A stretch of 64,000 bases of DNA from Actinomycetota bacterium (lineage in GTDB: Bacteria > Actinomycetota > Acidimicrobiia > IMCC26256 > VFJJ01): NCBI GenBank assembly GCA_009886115.1, contig VFJJ01000105.1:1891-65890 (forward strand), given 5' to 3'. The position numbers and the translations under genes were made by a program. The notes under the pieces were generated by a model. That model was not told where the DNA came from, did no database searches, and was given only the letters and a program-made list of their open reading frames with translations. Shown in pieces: positions 43,591 through 52,963 of this stretch (within the stretch, counting starts at the first letter, position 1; each line of letters starts with the position of its first letter).

Positions 43591-45208
43591 CCGGCGAGCG
43601 TTCGACACGGCGGTCGAGCATCTCGCTCCGGTCGTGACCGACTCGGGGATCCCCGTGGCGCCGCTGTACACGGCGGCCGATGTGACCGGCGACCTCGAAG
43701 CGCGGCTCGGCCTGCCCGGTCAGCCGCCGTTCACGCGAGGCCCCTATCCCACGATGTACCGCGACCAGCCCTGGACGATGCGGCAGTTCGCCGGGTTCGG
43801 ATCGTCCGAGGACGCCAACGCCCGCTTCCGCTATCTGCTGGCACAGGGCCAGACTGCGCTGTCGGTGGCCTTCGACCTCCCCACCCAGCTCGGGTACGGC
43901 TCGGCCCATCCGCTGGCGCAGGCCGAGGTGGGCCGGGTCGGCGTGGCCATCGACACGGCCGACGACATGGCCGAGCTCTTCGACGGGCTGCCCCTCGACC
44001 ACCTCTCGGTCAACTTCACCATCAACGCCACGGCCCCGGTGATCCTGGCGTTCTATCTCGTCGCCGCCGAGCGCCAAGGGGTGGCGCCGACCCGACTCGC
44101 CGGCACCCTGCAGAACGAGATCCTCAAGGAGTTCCTGGCTCGCAAGACCTACGTGTTCCCGCCCGCACCATCGATGCGCCTCGTGGCCGATGTCGTCGAG
44201 TATGCATCGGAGCACCTCCCACGCTTCAACCCCATCTCGGTGACGGGATATCACGCCCGCGAGGCGGGGTGCGACGCCGTGCAGGAGTTGGCGTTCACGA
44301 TGGCTTCGGCGATCGCCTACTCCGAGGAGCTCATCGGCCGGGGCCTGTCGTTCGACACGTTCGCGCCGCGGCTCTCGTTCCACTTCGCCACCACGCTCGA
44401 CCTGTTCGAGGAAGCGGCCAAGCTCCGAGCTGCGCGCCGGCTCTGGCACGAGATCGCCACCGGCCGCTTCGGCGCGACGCGACCGGAGTCGGCGCGCCTC
44501 CGGTTCTTCTCGGGGTGCTCGGGGGCCACGCTCACCGCGCAGCAGCCACTCAACAACATCGTCCGCTCCACGATCCAGTGCCTCGGCGCCGTGCTCGGAG
44601 GCGCCCAGTCGATCCACGTCATGGGCTACGACGAAGCCCACGAGCTGCCATCGGAGGAGGCGGTCACGATCGCCTTGCGGACACAGCAGATCGTGGCCGA
44701 GGAGTCGGGCGTCACCCGCACCATCGATCCTCTCGCCGGCTCGTACTACGTCGAGTGGCTCACCGACGAGCTCCACCGTCGAGCCCGGGACCTGATCGAC
44801 GAGATCGATCAGCTCGGAGGAGCGGTCGCGGCGATCGGCGCCGGCGTGCCCCAGCGCTGGATCGCCGAGGCGGCCTACCGCATCGAGCGCGACATCACCG
44901 ACGGGCGACGGGTCAAGGTCGGCGTCAACCGGTACGTCGATGACACCGCGACCGAGACCCAACTCCGGCTCTTCGAGGTGAGCGACGATGTGCGGGAGCG
45001 GCAGTGCGAGCGCACGGCCCGGCGCGTCGCGGCCCGCGATGCATCAGCCCACGAGAGCGCGATGCGCAACCTCGACGTCGTTGCCCGGCACGGCTCCAAC
45101 GTCATGCCGGCGCTCGTCGAGTGCGCCCGCGCCGGATCGACGCTGGGTGAGATCGGGGCGTTGCTGCGTTCGGTCTTCGGCGAGCACGAGGAGCCGTCAC
45201 CGTGGTGA
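43583..45208 (+). CDS. Methylmalonyl-CoA mutase-family large (substrate-binding TIM barrel) subunit
   Basis: The sequence [58 protein letters not shown] is a canonical MCM-family N-terminal barrel. The GTG start overlaps the small-subunit stop by 8 nt. Confidence 0.85.
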   Translation: MPDRRAFDTAVEHLAPVVTDSGIPVAPLYTAADVTGDLEARLGLPGQPPFTRGPYPTMYRDQPWTMRQFAGFGSSEDANARFRYLLAQGQTALSVAFDLPTQLGYGSAHPLAQAEVGRVGVAIDTADDMAELFDGLPLDHLSVNFTINATAPVILAFYLVAAERQGVAPTRLAGTLQNEILKEFLARKTYVFPPAPSMRLVADVVEYASEHLPRFNPISVTGYHAREAGCDAVQELAFTMASAIAYSEELIGRGLSFDTFAPRLSFHFATTLDLFEEAAKLRAARRLWHEIATGRFGATRPESARLRFFSGCSGATLTAQQPLNNIVRSTIQCLGAVLGGAQSIHVMGYDEAHELPSEEAVTIALRTQQIVAEESGVTRTIDPLAGSYYVEWLTDELHRRARDLIDEIDQLGGAVAAIGAGVPQRWIAEAAYRIERDITDGRRVKVGVNRYVDDTATETQLRLFEVSDDVRERQCERTARRVAARDASAHESAMRNLDVVARHGSNVMPALVECARAGSTLGEIGALLRSVFGEHEEPSPW

Positions 45209-46440
45209 ACGCCGTTTCCCGGGAGGAAACAGCTGCGACGCCGAGTCGGGGGCCGCTGTCGGGCACCCGGGTCGTCGACCTGACCCGCTTCGTCTCGGGC
45301 TCCTACACGACGATGCTCCTCGGCTCGCTCGGGGCCGAGGTCGTCAAGATCGAGGTACCGCCCGACGGCGATCCGTACCGGGCCCAGGGCACCGAGACCA
45401 TCGGCGACGAGTCGGCACTGTTCTTGTGCCTCAACAACGCCAAGCGCAGCCTGGCCATCGACTTCCGGTCACCCGAGGGCCGCGACGTGCTCGAGCGGCT
45501 CCTCGCCGGGAGCGACTTCTTCGTGCACAACGCCCGTCCCGGCAGCCTCGCCGAGCACGGCCTCGACGGGCCGTCGATGCGGTCCCGTCATCCTCATCTC
45601 GTGTACGCCTCGATCTCGGGGTACGGCGATGTCGGGCCCGATGCCGAACGCGGCGGCTTCGACCTCATCCTCCAAGCCGAGGGCGGGATGATGAGCGTCA
45701 CCGGGAGCGCCGGGGCCGGTCCCGTCAAGGTGGGGGCTCCGCTGCTCGACATCGGCGCGTCGCTGTCGGTGACGATCGGCATCCTCGCGGCGTACCTCGA
45801 GCGGCTCCGGACGGGACGGGGCAGCGAGGTCGCCTCGTCATTGCTCGAGTTCTCGTTGGCCGGCATGACCACGCTCGCCGCCGCGCTCTTCGTCTCGGGC
45901 CAGGCCCCCGAGCTGCTCGGGAGCCACTCACCCACGTTCTCGCCGTACGGGGCGTTCAGGGCCCGTGACGACTGGCTGGTCCTCACCGGCGCCGGCAACG
46001 AGCGCTTCTGGCACCTCCTGTGCGAGGTGCTCGACCTCGGCGTGCTCGTCACCGATCCCCGATTCGCCAACAACGCCTTGCGAGTCGCGTATCGCGACGA
46101 GCTCACAGAGATCATCGAGGCCGCGCTGGCCCACGACGATGCCCACGCCTGGGTCACCCGTCTCGAAGCCGCCGGTATCCCGTCGGGACTCGTGCGAGAT
46201 CTCCGGCAGGTGATCGACTCGCCCCAGGTCGATGCGCTCGAGGCTGTCCAGACCGTCGAGCACCCGAGCGCCGGCAGCTATCGGACCATCGGGCCTCCGT
46301 TCCGGATCGACGGGCTGCGGCCCCTGCTGGGTACCGCACCGGTGTTGGGCGCTGACACCCGCAGCATCCTGGCCGAGTTGGGCCTCGAGGCCGACGAGGT
46401 GACGGCCTTGGTGGCCCGAGGTCTGGCGGTGACGCCATGA
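45202..46440 (+). CDS. Family III CoA-transferase (CaiB/BaiF)
   Basis: The sequence is LSGTRVVDLTRFVSGSYTTMLLGSLGAEVVKIEVPPDGDPYR. The start overlaps the mutase stop. Confidence 0.85.
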   Translation: MVNAVSREETAATPSRGPLSGTRVVDLTRFVSGSYTTMLLGSLGAEVVKIEVPPDGDPYRAQGTETIGDESALFLCLNNAKRSLAIDFRSPEGRDVLERLLAGSDFFVHNARPGSLAEHGLDGPSMRSRHPHLVYASISGYGDVGPDAERGGFDLILQAEGGMMSVTGSAGAGPVKVGAPLLDIGASLSVTIGILAAYLERLRTGRGSEVASSLLEFSLAGMTTLAAALFVSGQAPELLGSHSPTFSPYGAFRARDDWLVLTGAGNERFWHLLCEVLDLGVLVTDPRFANNALRVAYRDELTEIIEAALAHDDAHAWVTRLEAAGIPSGLVRDLRQVIDSPQVDALEAVQTVEHPSAGSYRTIGPPFRIDGLRPLLGTAPVLGADTRSILAELGLEADEVTALVARGLAVTP

Positions 46441-47783
46441 CGCTCACGGCCACGCCGGCCCTCGTAGAACGTGTGGTGGCCCGGACGGTGGAGATCGCCG
46501 CCATCGCCGCGCCCCCACTCGACGAGGCCGACCGCACGAGCCTCGTGCAGCGCTGGTGGACGGCCGACGGTCTCGAGGAGGTCGCTGTCGACCGCGTCGG
46601 GAACGTGTGGGCCCGCATCCGTCCCGGGGCCCGGGTCGTTGCGCGTGCCGAACCCGCCGCTGCCTCTGCTGCTGCCGTCGCCGCCGAACCCGCCGCCGGT
46701 ACCGGTGCCGGTGCCGGTGCCGCGGCCCCGGCCCGGCCGGCCGTCGTGATCGCCGCGCATCTCGACACCGTGTTCGGGCGCGACGTCGCGCACGGCGCCG
46801 TCGGTGACGGGCGCTACCTGCGAGGGCCCTCGGTGGGCGACGACTCGATCGCCCTGGCCTCGTTGAGCGCCCTGGCCGAGCTGCTCCCCGCCGACATGGC
46901 CGTCCCCGTCTGGATCCTGGCGACGGTCGGCGAGGAGGGGCTGGGCAACCTCATCGGCATCACGACCGCGCTCGCCGAGCCGCGGACCCCGGTGGCCACG
47001 CTCGTCGCGCTCGAGGGCAACTGGCTGGGACGGGTCTGTCACACGGCGGTGGGCTCGGTGCGTTGGCGGGTCACCATCACCGGGCCGGGTGGGCATGCCT
47101 GGGAGCGGGCCGATGCGCCCAGTGCCGTGCACACCGCGGCTCGGGCCATCGATGCGCTCGTGGGAATCACCCGACCGACGGGCGCCCGGACGGCGATCAA
47201 CGTGGGCCGAATGGGCGGCGGGGAATCGATCAACTCCCGCGCCATCAGCGCCTGGTTCGAGGTCGACCTGCGCGCCGACTCGCAGGCGGCTCTCGACGCC
47301 CTCGACGCCACGGTGCGCCAAGCGATCTCCGGCGCCATCGCCACGGACAACACGGACAACACGGGCACCGCAGACACCGCAGACACCGCAGACACCCCGG
47401 GTGGCACGGGTGGCACGGGTGGCACCGGCACTACGAGCACGGGCACCACCGACACCGACGCTGCGGGCAGAGCGCAGGTGACGGCGACCTTCGACGAGAT
47501 CGGTCGGCGCCCGGCCGGACACCTCGCCGTCGACCATCCGATCGTGGCTGCCGCGGCCGATGCCCTGCGCGCCGCCGGACGCACGGTGACGTACACGGCG
47601 GCGAGCACCGACGCCAACGCGGCCCATCGCATCGGGATCCCGGCCGTGGCCATCGGGGTCACCATCGGCGAAGGCGAGCACACCGAGGCCGAGTGGATCG
47701 ACCTCGAACCGGTCGCCGAGGGCCTGTGCGTGCTCGCCGACACCGTCATCCGCATCGCCGCCACCTTGGGAGCGAACCCATGA
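46437..47783 (+). CDS. M20-family peptidase (PepT/tripeptidase-like) with two low-complexity repeat insertions
   Basis: Motifs present are AAHLDTV, GPSVGDDSIA and VGEEGLGN (M20 metal and catalytic residues). Insertions are encoded by GGTGCC, ACGGACAAC, ACCGCAGAC and GGTGGCACG tandem repeats. There is an ATGA overlap with the CoA-transferase gene. Confidence 0.75.
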   Translation: MTLTATPALVERVVARTVEIAAIAAPPLDEADRTSLVQRWWTADGLEEVAVDRVGNVWARIRPGARVVARAEPAAASAAAVAAEPAAGTGAGAGAAAPARPAVVIAAHLDTVFGRDVAHGAVGDGRYLRGPSVGDDSIALASLSALAELLPADMAVPVWILATVGEEGLGNLIGITTALAEPRTPVATLVALEGNWLGRVCHTAVGSVRWRVTITGPGGHAWERADAPSAVHTAARAIDALVGITRPTGARTAINVGRMGGGESINSRAISAWFEVDLRADSQAALDALDATVRQAISGAIATDNTDNTGTADTADTADTPGGTGGTGGTGTTSTGTTDTDAAGRAQVTATFDEIGRRPAGHLAVDHPIVAAAADALRAAGRTVTYTAASTDANAAHRIGIPAVAIGVTIGEGEHTEAEWIDLEPVAEGLCVLADTVIRIAATLGANP

Positions 47784-48802
47784 CCAGACCGACCACCGTG
47801 CGCGCCACCAGTCCCACGAGCGGCGTCGTGTTGCAGGGCGTCGACCCGCCAGCCGCGTTCCTCGACCTCGTCGAGAGCATCGACCGGGCCGGCTACCACA
47901 ACCTCTGGCTCACCGACTCGTCGCTGCACGCTCGCAATCCCTTCGTGTACCTGAGCCTGGCGGCGCAACGAGCGCCCCGACTGGTGATGGGCACCGCAGT
48001 CACCAATCCCGTCACACGACATCCGGGAATCGTCGCCGCCTCGTTCGCGACGCTCGACGAGATCACTGGCGGGCGGGCCATCCTCGGGATCGGTGCCGGC
48101 GATCGCCCGCTCCGGGCCCTGGGACAGCAGCCGGCCCGACTCGGCGCACTGCGTGACTCGATCGCCGTGATCCGCAGGCTCCTCGCCGGTGAGCACGTGA
48201 GCTTCGAGAGCGACGCGTTCAGCCTGGTCGACGCCCACCTCCGGTTCCCCGGCCGGGGCGACGCCCCCGTCTACATCTCGGCCAGCGGACCAAAGACCCT
48301 CGAGCTCGCCGGCGAGGTCGCCCAGGGCGTGATCCTCTTGTGCGGCTTGGCTCCTGAGGGGCTGCGCTACGCGCTCGACCACATCGAGCATGGGGCACGG
48401 AAGGCCCAGAGGCCGCGGCCCCACGTGGCCGTCTTCGCGTACGGCGCCATCGACGAGGACGAGGACCGGGCCCTCGTCCCGGCCCGGTCGATCGCCGCAT
48501 GGTTCCCCCAGACCGTCCCCGTCTACTGCGAGCTGGCCGGTCTCGATCCGGCGATCGCCGAAGCCGTTCGCACGAGCTACACCGGCGGCGAGTTCCAGGA
48601 GGCGGCGACCGCGGCCGAGGCCCTTCCGGCCGAGTTCGTTCGCAAGATGGCCCTGGCCGGCAACCGTCAGCGGACCTCGGAGCAGCTCTCGACGATCCTC
48701 GATCTCGGGGTCGACTCGGTGAACGTGTTCCCGCTCGGAGACCGACGGGCCGAGACCATCGAGGCCTTCGCCCAGTGTTGGAAGGACGTGACCGGCTCGT
48801 GA
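47780..48802 (+). CDS. LLM-class oxidoreductase, F420-dependent (Mer-like) type
   Basis: The pattern is ...GYHNLWLTDSSLHARNPFVYLSLAA...LGIGAGD...YISASGPKTLELAGEVAQGVIL. There is an ATGA overlap at 47780-47783. Confidence 0.8.
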   Translation: MTRPTTVRATSPTSGVVLQGVDPPAAFLDLVESIDRAGYHNLWLTDSSLHARNPFVYLSLAAQRAPRLVMGTAVTNPVTRHPGIVAASFATLDEITGGRAILGIGAGDRPLRALGQQPARLGALRDSIAVIRRLLAGEHVSFESDAFSLVDAHLRFPGRGDAPVYISASGPKTLELAGEVAQGVILLCGLAPEGLRYALDHIEHGARKAQRPRPHVAVFAYGAIDEDEDRALVPARSIAAWFPQTVPVYCELAGLDPAIAEAVRTSYTGGEFQEAATAAEALPAEFVRKMALAGNRQRTSEQLSTILDLGVDSVNVFPLGDRRAETIEAFAQCWKDVTGS

Positions 48803-49488
48803 GCACGCTGCCCGCCACCACGCTCCTGACCCGCCCCGAACGCAGTCAGCTCAAGGATCTCGTGTACCACGAGCTCAAGCAGGCGATCGTCGACCTGCGC
48901 CTGGCACCCGGTCAGCCGCTGCGCGAAGCAGCACTGTCAGCCGATCTGGGCGTCAGCAAGACGCCGGTGCGCGAGGCCCTGGTGAAGCTGCAGGACGACG
49001 GTCTGGTGATCATCGAGCCGTACCGGGGCGCCAGCGTCACCTCGTACTCAGCCGTCGACCTCGTCGAGCTGTACGAGCTGCGCGAGATCCTCGAAGGAGC
49101 CTGCGCCCACCGGGCCGCGACCACGATGACAGCGGCCGACCTGGCCGAGCTGGGCGAGGTGAACCGGCTCAGCCGGGCTGCCCTGCGCACCCGCAAGGCC
49201 CTTCGCCAGGAGACGTTGACGAAGCTGTTCGACACGTTCGACGAGTGCCTGTTCCGGCAGATGACCAACCAACGGGTGCAAGGGCTGCTCGACAACCTGC
49301 GCTGCCACATCGTCCGCATCGGTCGGCTCACCGTGGGCATCCCGGGCCGCCTCGAGAGCTCGGTCCGACAACACGCCGAGATCAGCGACGCCCTGGCGGC
49401 CCGGCAGCCCGTCGCAGCCGAGGCGGCGACCCGCAGCCACATCCGCAGCGTGATGGCCGACCAGCTCGCGTCGCTCGAAACCACCTGA
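48799..49488 (+). CDS. GntR-family transcriptional regulator (FadR/FCD subfamily)
   Basis: A winged HTH (LKDLVYHELKQAIVDLRLAPGQPLREAALSADLGVSKTPVREALVKLQDDGLV) is followed by an FCD-like helical domain. There is a GTGA overlap at 48799-48802. Confidence 0.85.
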   Translation: MSTLPATTLLTRPERSQLKDLVYHELKQAIVDLRLAPGQPLREAALSADLGVSKTPVREALVKLQDDGLVIIEPYRGASVTSYSAVDLVELYELREILEGACAHRAATTMTAADLAELGEVNRLSRAALRTRKALRQETLTKLFDTFDECLFRQMTNQRVQGLLDNLRCHIVRIGRLTVGIPGRLESSVRQHAEISDALAARQPVAAEAATRSHIRSVMADQLASLETT

Positions 49489-49508
49489 CCCCTCGAAGGG
49501 AGCGTGCC

Positions 49509-50519
49509 ATGACCTTGGTGATCGATGCCCACACGCACATCCTGAGCCTGGCGGCCGACGCCGAGTTCACTGCCGAGTACGGCCGTGAGGGGTCGCTGTG
49601 CATCTATCGCAGCATGGGGCTGCTGCCGTCGCACCGCGAGCCCACCGAGCACGAGTGGGACGATTGTGGCTTCTCCCGCAAGGGTTTCCCTGTGATCGGC
49701 CCCGAGGAGTCGCTGCGCGATCACCCGGGTTTCGACAAGATCGTGATCCTGGCCGTGTCGCCGCAGTTCCTCGACGGCGAGCTCATCGGGACGGTCGACA
49801 GTTTCGGGATCACCGGCGTCGAGGGCGAGAGCCATCCCGAGCGCTGCAACGAGTACATCGGGGCCATCGCCCGGGCCCAGCCCGAGCGGTTCATCGGGTT
49901 CGCATCGGTCAATCCCTTGTACCGGGGCGTGCGCAAGGCTGTCGAGGAGCTGGAGCTGGCGGTCACGCGCTACGGCTGCACGGGGGTGAAGCTCTACCCG
50001 ATGTACCAGCATTGGCGGCCCGATGATCGCGAGCTGGCGTTCCCGATCTATGACGCGGCCCGATCGATGGGAATACCGGTCATGATCCACCAGGCCGGAT
50101 CGACCCGCATCGACGCCCGCATGGAATACGGCCGTCCCGCGCTGCTCGACGATGTCGGTCGGGAGTTCCGCGACCTCCGCGTGATCATCGCCCACTGCGG
50201 TATCCCCTGGATCGAGGAGGCGATGTTCATGCTCACCAAGCACCCGAACTTCTACGCCGACCTCTCGTACCACATCGCAACGATCAGCCGCGAAGACCTC
50301 TACAGGTATCTGTTGCGAGCCGAGCCGTTCTTCGTGCCCCTGGAGAAACTGTTCTTCGGGACTGACTATCCGGGGTTCCTCTACGACCCCGTGGCGCTGC
50401 GCACGAAGCTGATGACGGTGAACGAGGACGCCGAACGCCTCGGAACGCCACCGATCGCACAGGCGAAGCTCGACGGCATCATGGGTGGGAACTTCGCGGC
50501 GGTGCTCGGTCTGGAGTGA
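49509..50519 (+). CDS. Amidohydrolase-2 (ACMSD-like TIM-barrel hydrolase/decarboxylase) family protein
   Basis: The protein has MTLVIDAHTHIL (HxH), ...VKLYP..., IIAHCGIPW and FGTDYP (Asp ligand). Confidence 0.85.
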   Translation: MTLVIDAHTHILSLAADAEFTAEYGREGSLCIYRSMGLLPSHREPTEHEWDDCGFSRKGFPVIGPEESLRDHPGFDKIVILAVSPQFLDGELIGTVDSFGITGVEGESHPERCNEYIGAIARAQPERFIGFASVNPLYRGVRKAVEELELAVTRYGCTGVKLYPMYQHWRPDDRELAFPIYDAARSMGIPVMIHQAGSTRIDARMEYGRPALLDDVGREFRDLRVIIAHCGIPWIEEAMFMLTKHPNFYADLSYHIATISREDLYRYLLRAEPFFVPLEKLFFGTDYPGFLYDPVALRTKLMTVNEDAERLGTPPIAQAKLDGIMGGNFAAVLGLE

Positions 50520-50656
50520 CGATTCGACACTGGAGCATCGTCGAGCGAGCGGCGATCGGCGATCGGCGGCGGACGAGACCGGAGCAGGGGTCAGGCCCCG
50601 GCCCCGGTTTCGTCATGTACGTCAGGCGCCAGGCGACGGCCGCCACGCGACGTGCG

Positions 50657-51292
50657 TCAGGCGCCGAAGGCCTCCTCGAACGCCGCCGTGAGCTCGGGGG
50701 TGGCCGGGCCGCTGTAACCACAGGCGTTCACGGTTCCCTCTGCTGCGGTGATCAGGTATCGGCCGCCGACCTCGAAGTCGACGCCACCGATCAACGCGAC
50801 CGAGCCCGGCGAGGAACGCAACACGACGGTCGCTGCGTCACCACCGGTATACCAACGCTCGACCGACAACGTCACGGTCTCGCCGTCAACGGCCGTGGCC
50901 GTAGCGGCGAATGCCGGTGACATCTCGGCCAGGAAGGCCACGTCGAAGATCATGCAGCTCGCCAGGGCACCGCTCGCGCCGACCGACAGCTCCAGCGGAG
51001 GGCCGGCGACCTCTCCGCTGTCGTCGTCATCGCCGCCGGCGGCTGAGACGACGAGAACGGCTGCCACCACCACCGCTGCGGAGGCCGCGGCGGCCACGGT
51101 CCAGAACCGACGACCTCGGACGGCACTGCCGCGCGGGTTGCTCGGCGTCGCGGGAGTGGGACGGTCTTCGAGTGATGTGTTCATGATGTGCTCCAGTCGG
51201 GCTCGGGCCGACATCGAGGTCGGCGCTTCGACAGACGTCTCGGGAGGCATCGGGTCGATCCTTTGGAGTCGTGCTTTCAGCTCGTCGGTCAC
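50657..51292 (-). CDS. Membrane-anchored protein co-translated with the ECF sigma factor (possible anti-sigma factor, non-ZAS)
   Basis: The GTG start overlaps the sigma stop (GTGA, 51289-51292). It has a single TM segment (FWTVAAAASAAVVVAAVLVV) and an extracytoplasmic domain of about 130 aa with two Cys. No HxxxCxxC motif is present. Confidence 0.5.
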   Translation of the reverse strand: MTDELKARLQRIDPMPPETSVEAPTSMSARARLEHIMNTSLEDRPTPATPSNPRGSAVRGRRFWTVAAAASAAVVVAAVLVVSAAGGDDDDSGEVAGPPLELSVGASGALASCMIFDVAFLAEMSPAFAATATAVDGETVTLSVERWYTGGDAATVVLRSSPGSVALIGGVDFEVGGRYLITAAEGTVNACGYSGPATPELTAAFEEAFGA

Positions 51293-51870
51293 GATGGGTG
51301 CCTTCCCGGGTCTGCACCCCTTGTATGTCCACCATGGGTGCGATCGTGTCGCTCCAAGCTCTGGCGCAGGCGCCGCTTGGCCCGCGACAGCCTCAGGCTC
51401 ACGGCGTTCGGCGCCATGTCGAGCACCGTGGCGATCTCCCGTGGTGCGAGCTCCTCCCATGCCCAGAGGCGCATGATCTCACGATCGCGCTCGGGCAACT
51501 CTGCCAATGCCCGGATCAGGTCCGGGTCGCCCGGGCCCTCGTCGGCTCCGGTGGAGGCGTCGACCTCGGTCGGAGCGACATACGAGATCGAGAGCTTTCG
51601 GAGCAGGCGACTCCGGCGATCGTCACCGCGGCGATGATTCGCCACGCAGCGGCGGGCGACCCCGTAGCACCACGGGAGCGGATCGGTGACCGGCACGTCG
51701 TCGAGACGTCGCCACAGCACGAGGAGCACGTCGCCCAGGACCTCGTCGCCGTCCGACGGGGAGACCCGGCGCCCGAGGTACCGCTGGAGCGGTTCGAAGA
51801 CGACATCGACGACCTCCTCGAAGCGCCGGTGGCGCGCGGTCGACACCGATCCGCCGGTCGTCATGTCCAT
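51289..51870 (-). CDS. ECF-type RNA polymerase sigma-70 factor
   Basis: Region 2 reads FEEVVDVVFEPLQRYLGRR...DVLLVLWRR, and region 4 reads LPERDREIMRLWAWEELAPREIATVLDMAPNAVSLRLSRAKRRL. Confidence 0.85.
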   Translation of the reverse strand: MDMTTGGSVSTARHRRFEEVVDVVFEPLQRYLGRRVSPSDGDEVLGDVLLVLWRRLDDVPVTDPLPWCYGVARRCVANHRRGDDRRSRLLRKLSISYVAPTEVDASTGADEGPGDPDLIRALAELPERDREIMRLWAWEELAPREIATVLDMAPNAVSLRLSRAKRRLRQSLERHDRTHGGHTRGADPGRHPS

Positions 51871-52071
51871 CTCCCACGTTCTCCTCGCACCGCGCGTGTG
51901 ACGACGGCCAACGCCCCCCGGTTCCCGGACGGCGCGAATTGCCTCGGTCGCCACTGAACGCCAGGCCAGCTCGGAATGCTCCGAGCAGCTCAGCCGCCGC
52001 ACGGAGCCGACGACATCGAGCCGAGGCGACGAAGCTCGCCGGATGCGGCGCTCCGTTCCGGCGAGCACGCG

Positions 52072-52875
52072 TCAGACCTTGTAGCCACCGTCGACGCTGA
52101 TGACCTGACCGGTGACACCGCCGCCTTCGTCGCAGCAGAGCAGGACGGCCATGCCGGTGAGCTCCTCGGGTTCGAGGATGCGACCCTGGAGGCTCTCAGC
52201 GCGGGCCGCGGCTTGGGCCTCGGGGACCGAGACGCCTCGGCCTCTGGCGATGCGGTCCCAGTCGACGAGCGACGTGTTGGTCCAGCCCGGGCACAGGCAG
52301 TTGACCGTGATGCCGTGCGGCGCCGCGTGAGCTGCGAGCTGACGGGTCATGCCCACCAGGCCGTGCTTGGCCGTGACGTAAGGCAGCGCTCCGCCCGTGG
52401 CCTTCGACGCCCCTGATCCGATGCTGACGATCCGACCGTATCCCTGCTCGCGCATGTGGGGTAGGGCTTCCCGGGTCGTCCACCACGCCGAGATGAGCGA
52501 GAGGACGAGCGTCGACTCGAAGGCGTCGTCGTCGATCGTGAACGGATCGTTGGCACGGCCCACCGACCCGCCGACATTGTTGACGAGGATGTCGACGCGG
52601 CCGAACCGGTCGTGGGCCTCGGCCACGGGACGACGCGCGTCGAGACGGTCCATGGCGTCGGCGACCACGGCCAGACCGGCGGCACCCACCGCCTCGGCCT
52701 CGGCCACGACCTCGTCGAGCTCGGCTCGCGTCCGTGACGACACCACGACCGTCGCACCCTCGCGAGCGAAGCGCGACGCGATGGCCCGGCCGATCCCCCG
52801 TCCCCCACCGGTGATCACTGCGACCCGGCCATCGAGCTTGCCCACGTGCGACTCCTCTGCGTCTCGGAACGGCAT
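52072..52875 (-). CDS. SDR-family oxidoreductase
   Basis: Motifs present are GRVAVITGGGRGIGRA, NNVG and YVTAKHGLVG (YxxxK). Confidence 0.85.
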   Translation of the reverse strand: MPFRDAEESHVGKLDGRVAVITGGGRGIGRAIASRFAREGATVVVSSRTRAELDEVVAEAEAVGAAGLAVVADAMDRLDARRPVAEAHDRFGRVDILVNNVGGSVGRANDPFTIDDDAFESTLVLSLISAWWTTREALPHMREQGYGRIVSIGSGASKATGGALPYVTAKHGLVGMTRQLAAHAAPHGITVNCLCPGWTNTSLVDWDRIARGRGVSVPEAQAAARAESLQGRILEPEELTGMAVLLCCDEGGGVTGQVISVDGGYKV

Positions 52876-52963
52876 CGCCGAGCATCCTGGCCGCTCCGGC
52901 GGACACCATCTAAGTTCGCCCACGAGAACCCGTGCACCGTCGAGGGAGAAGCGGAGCCAGACC

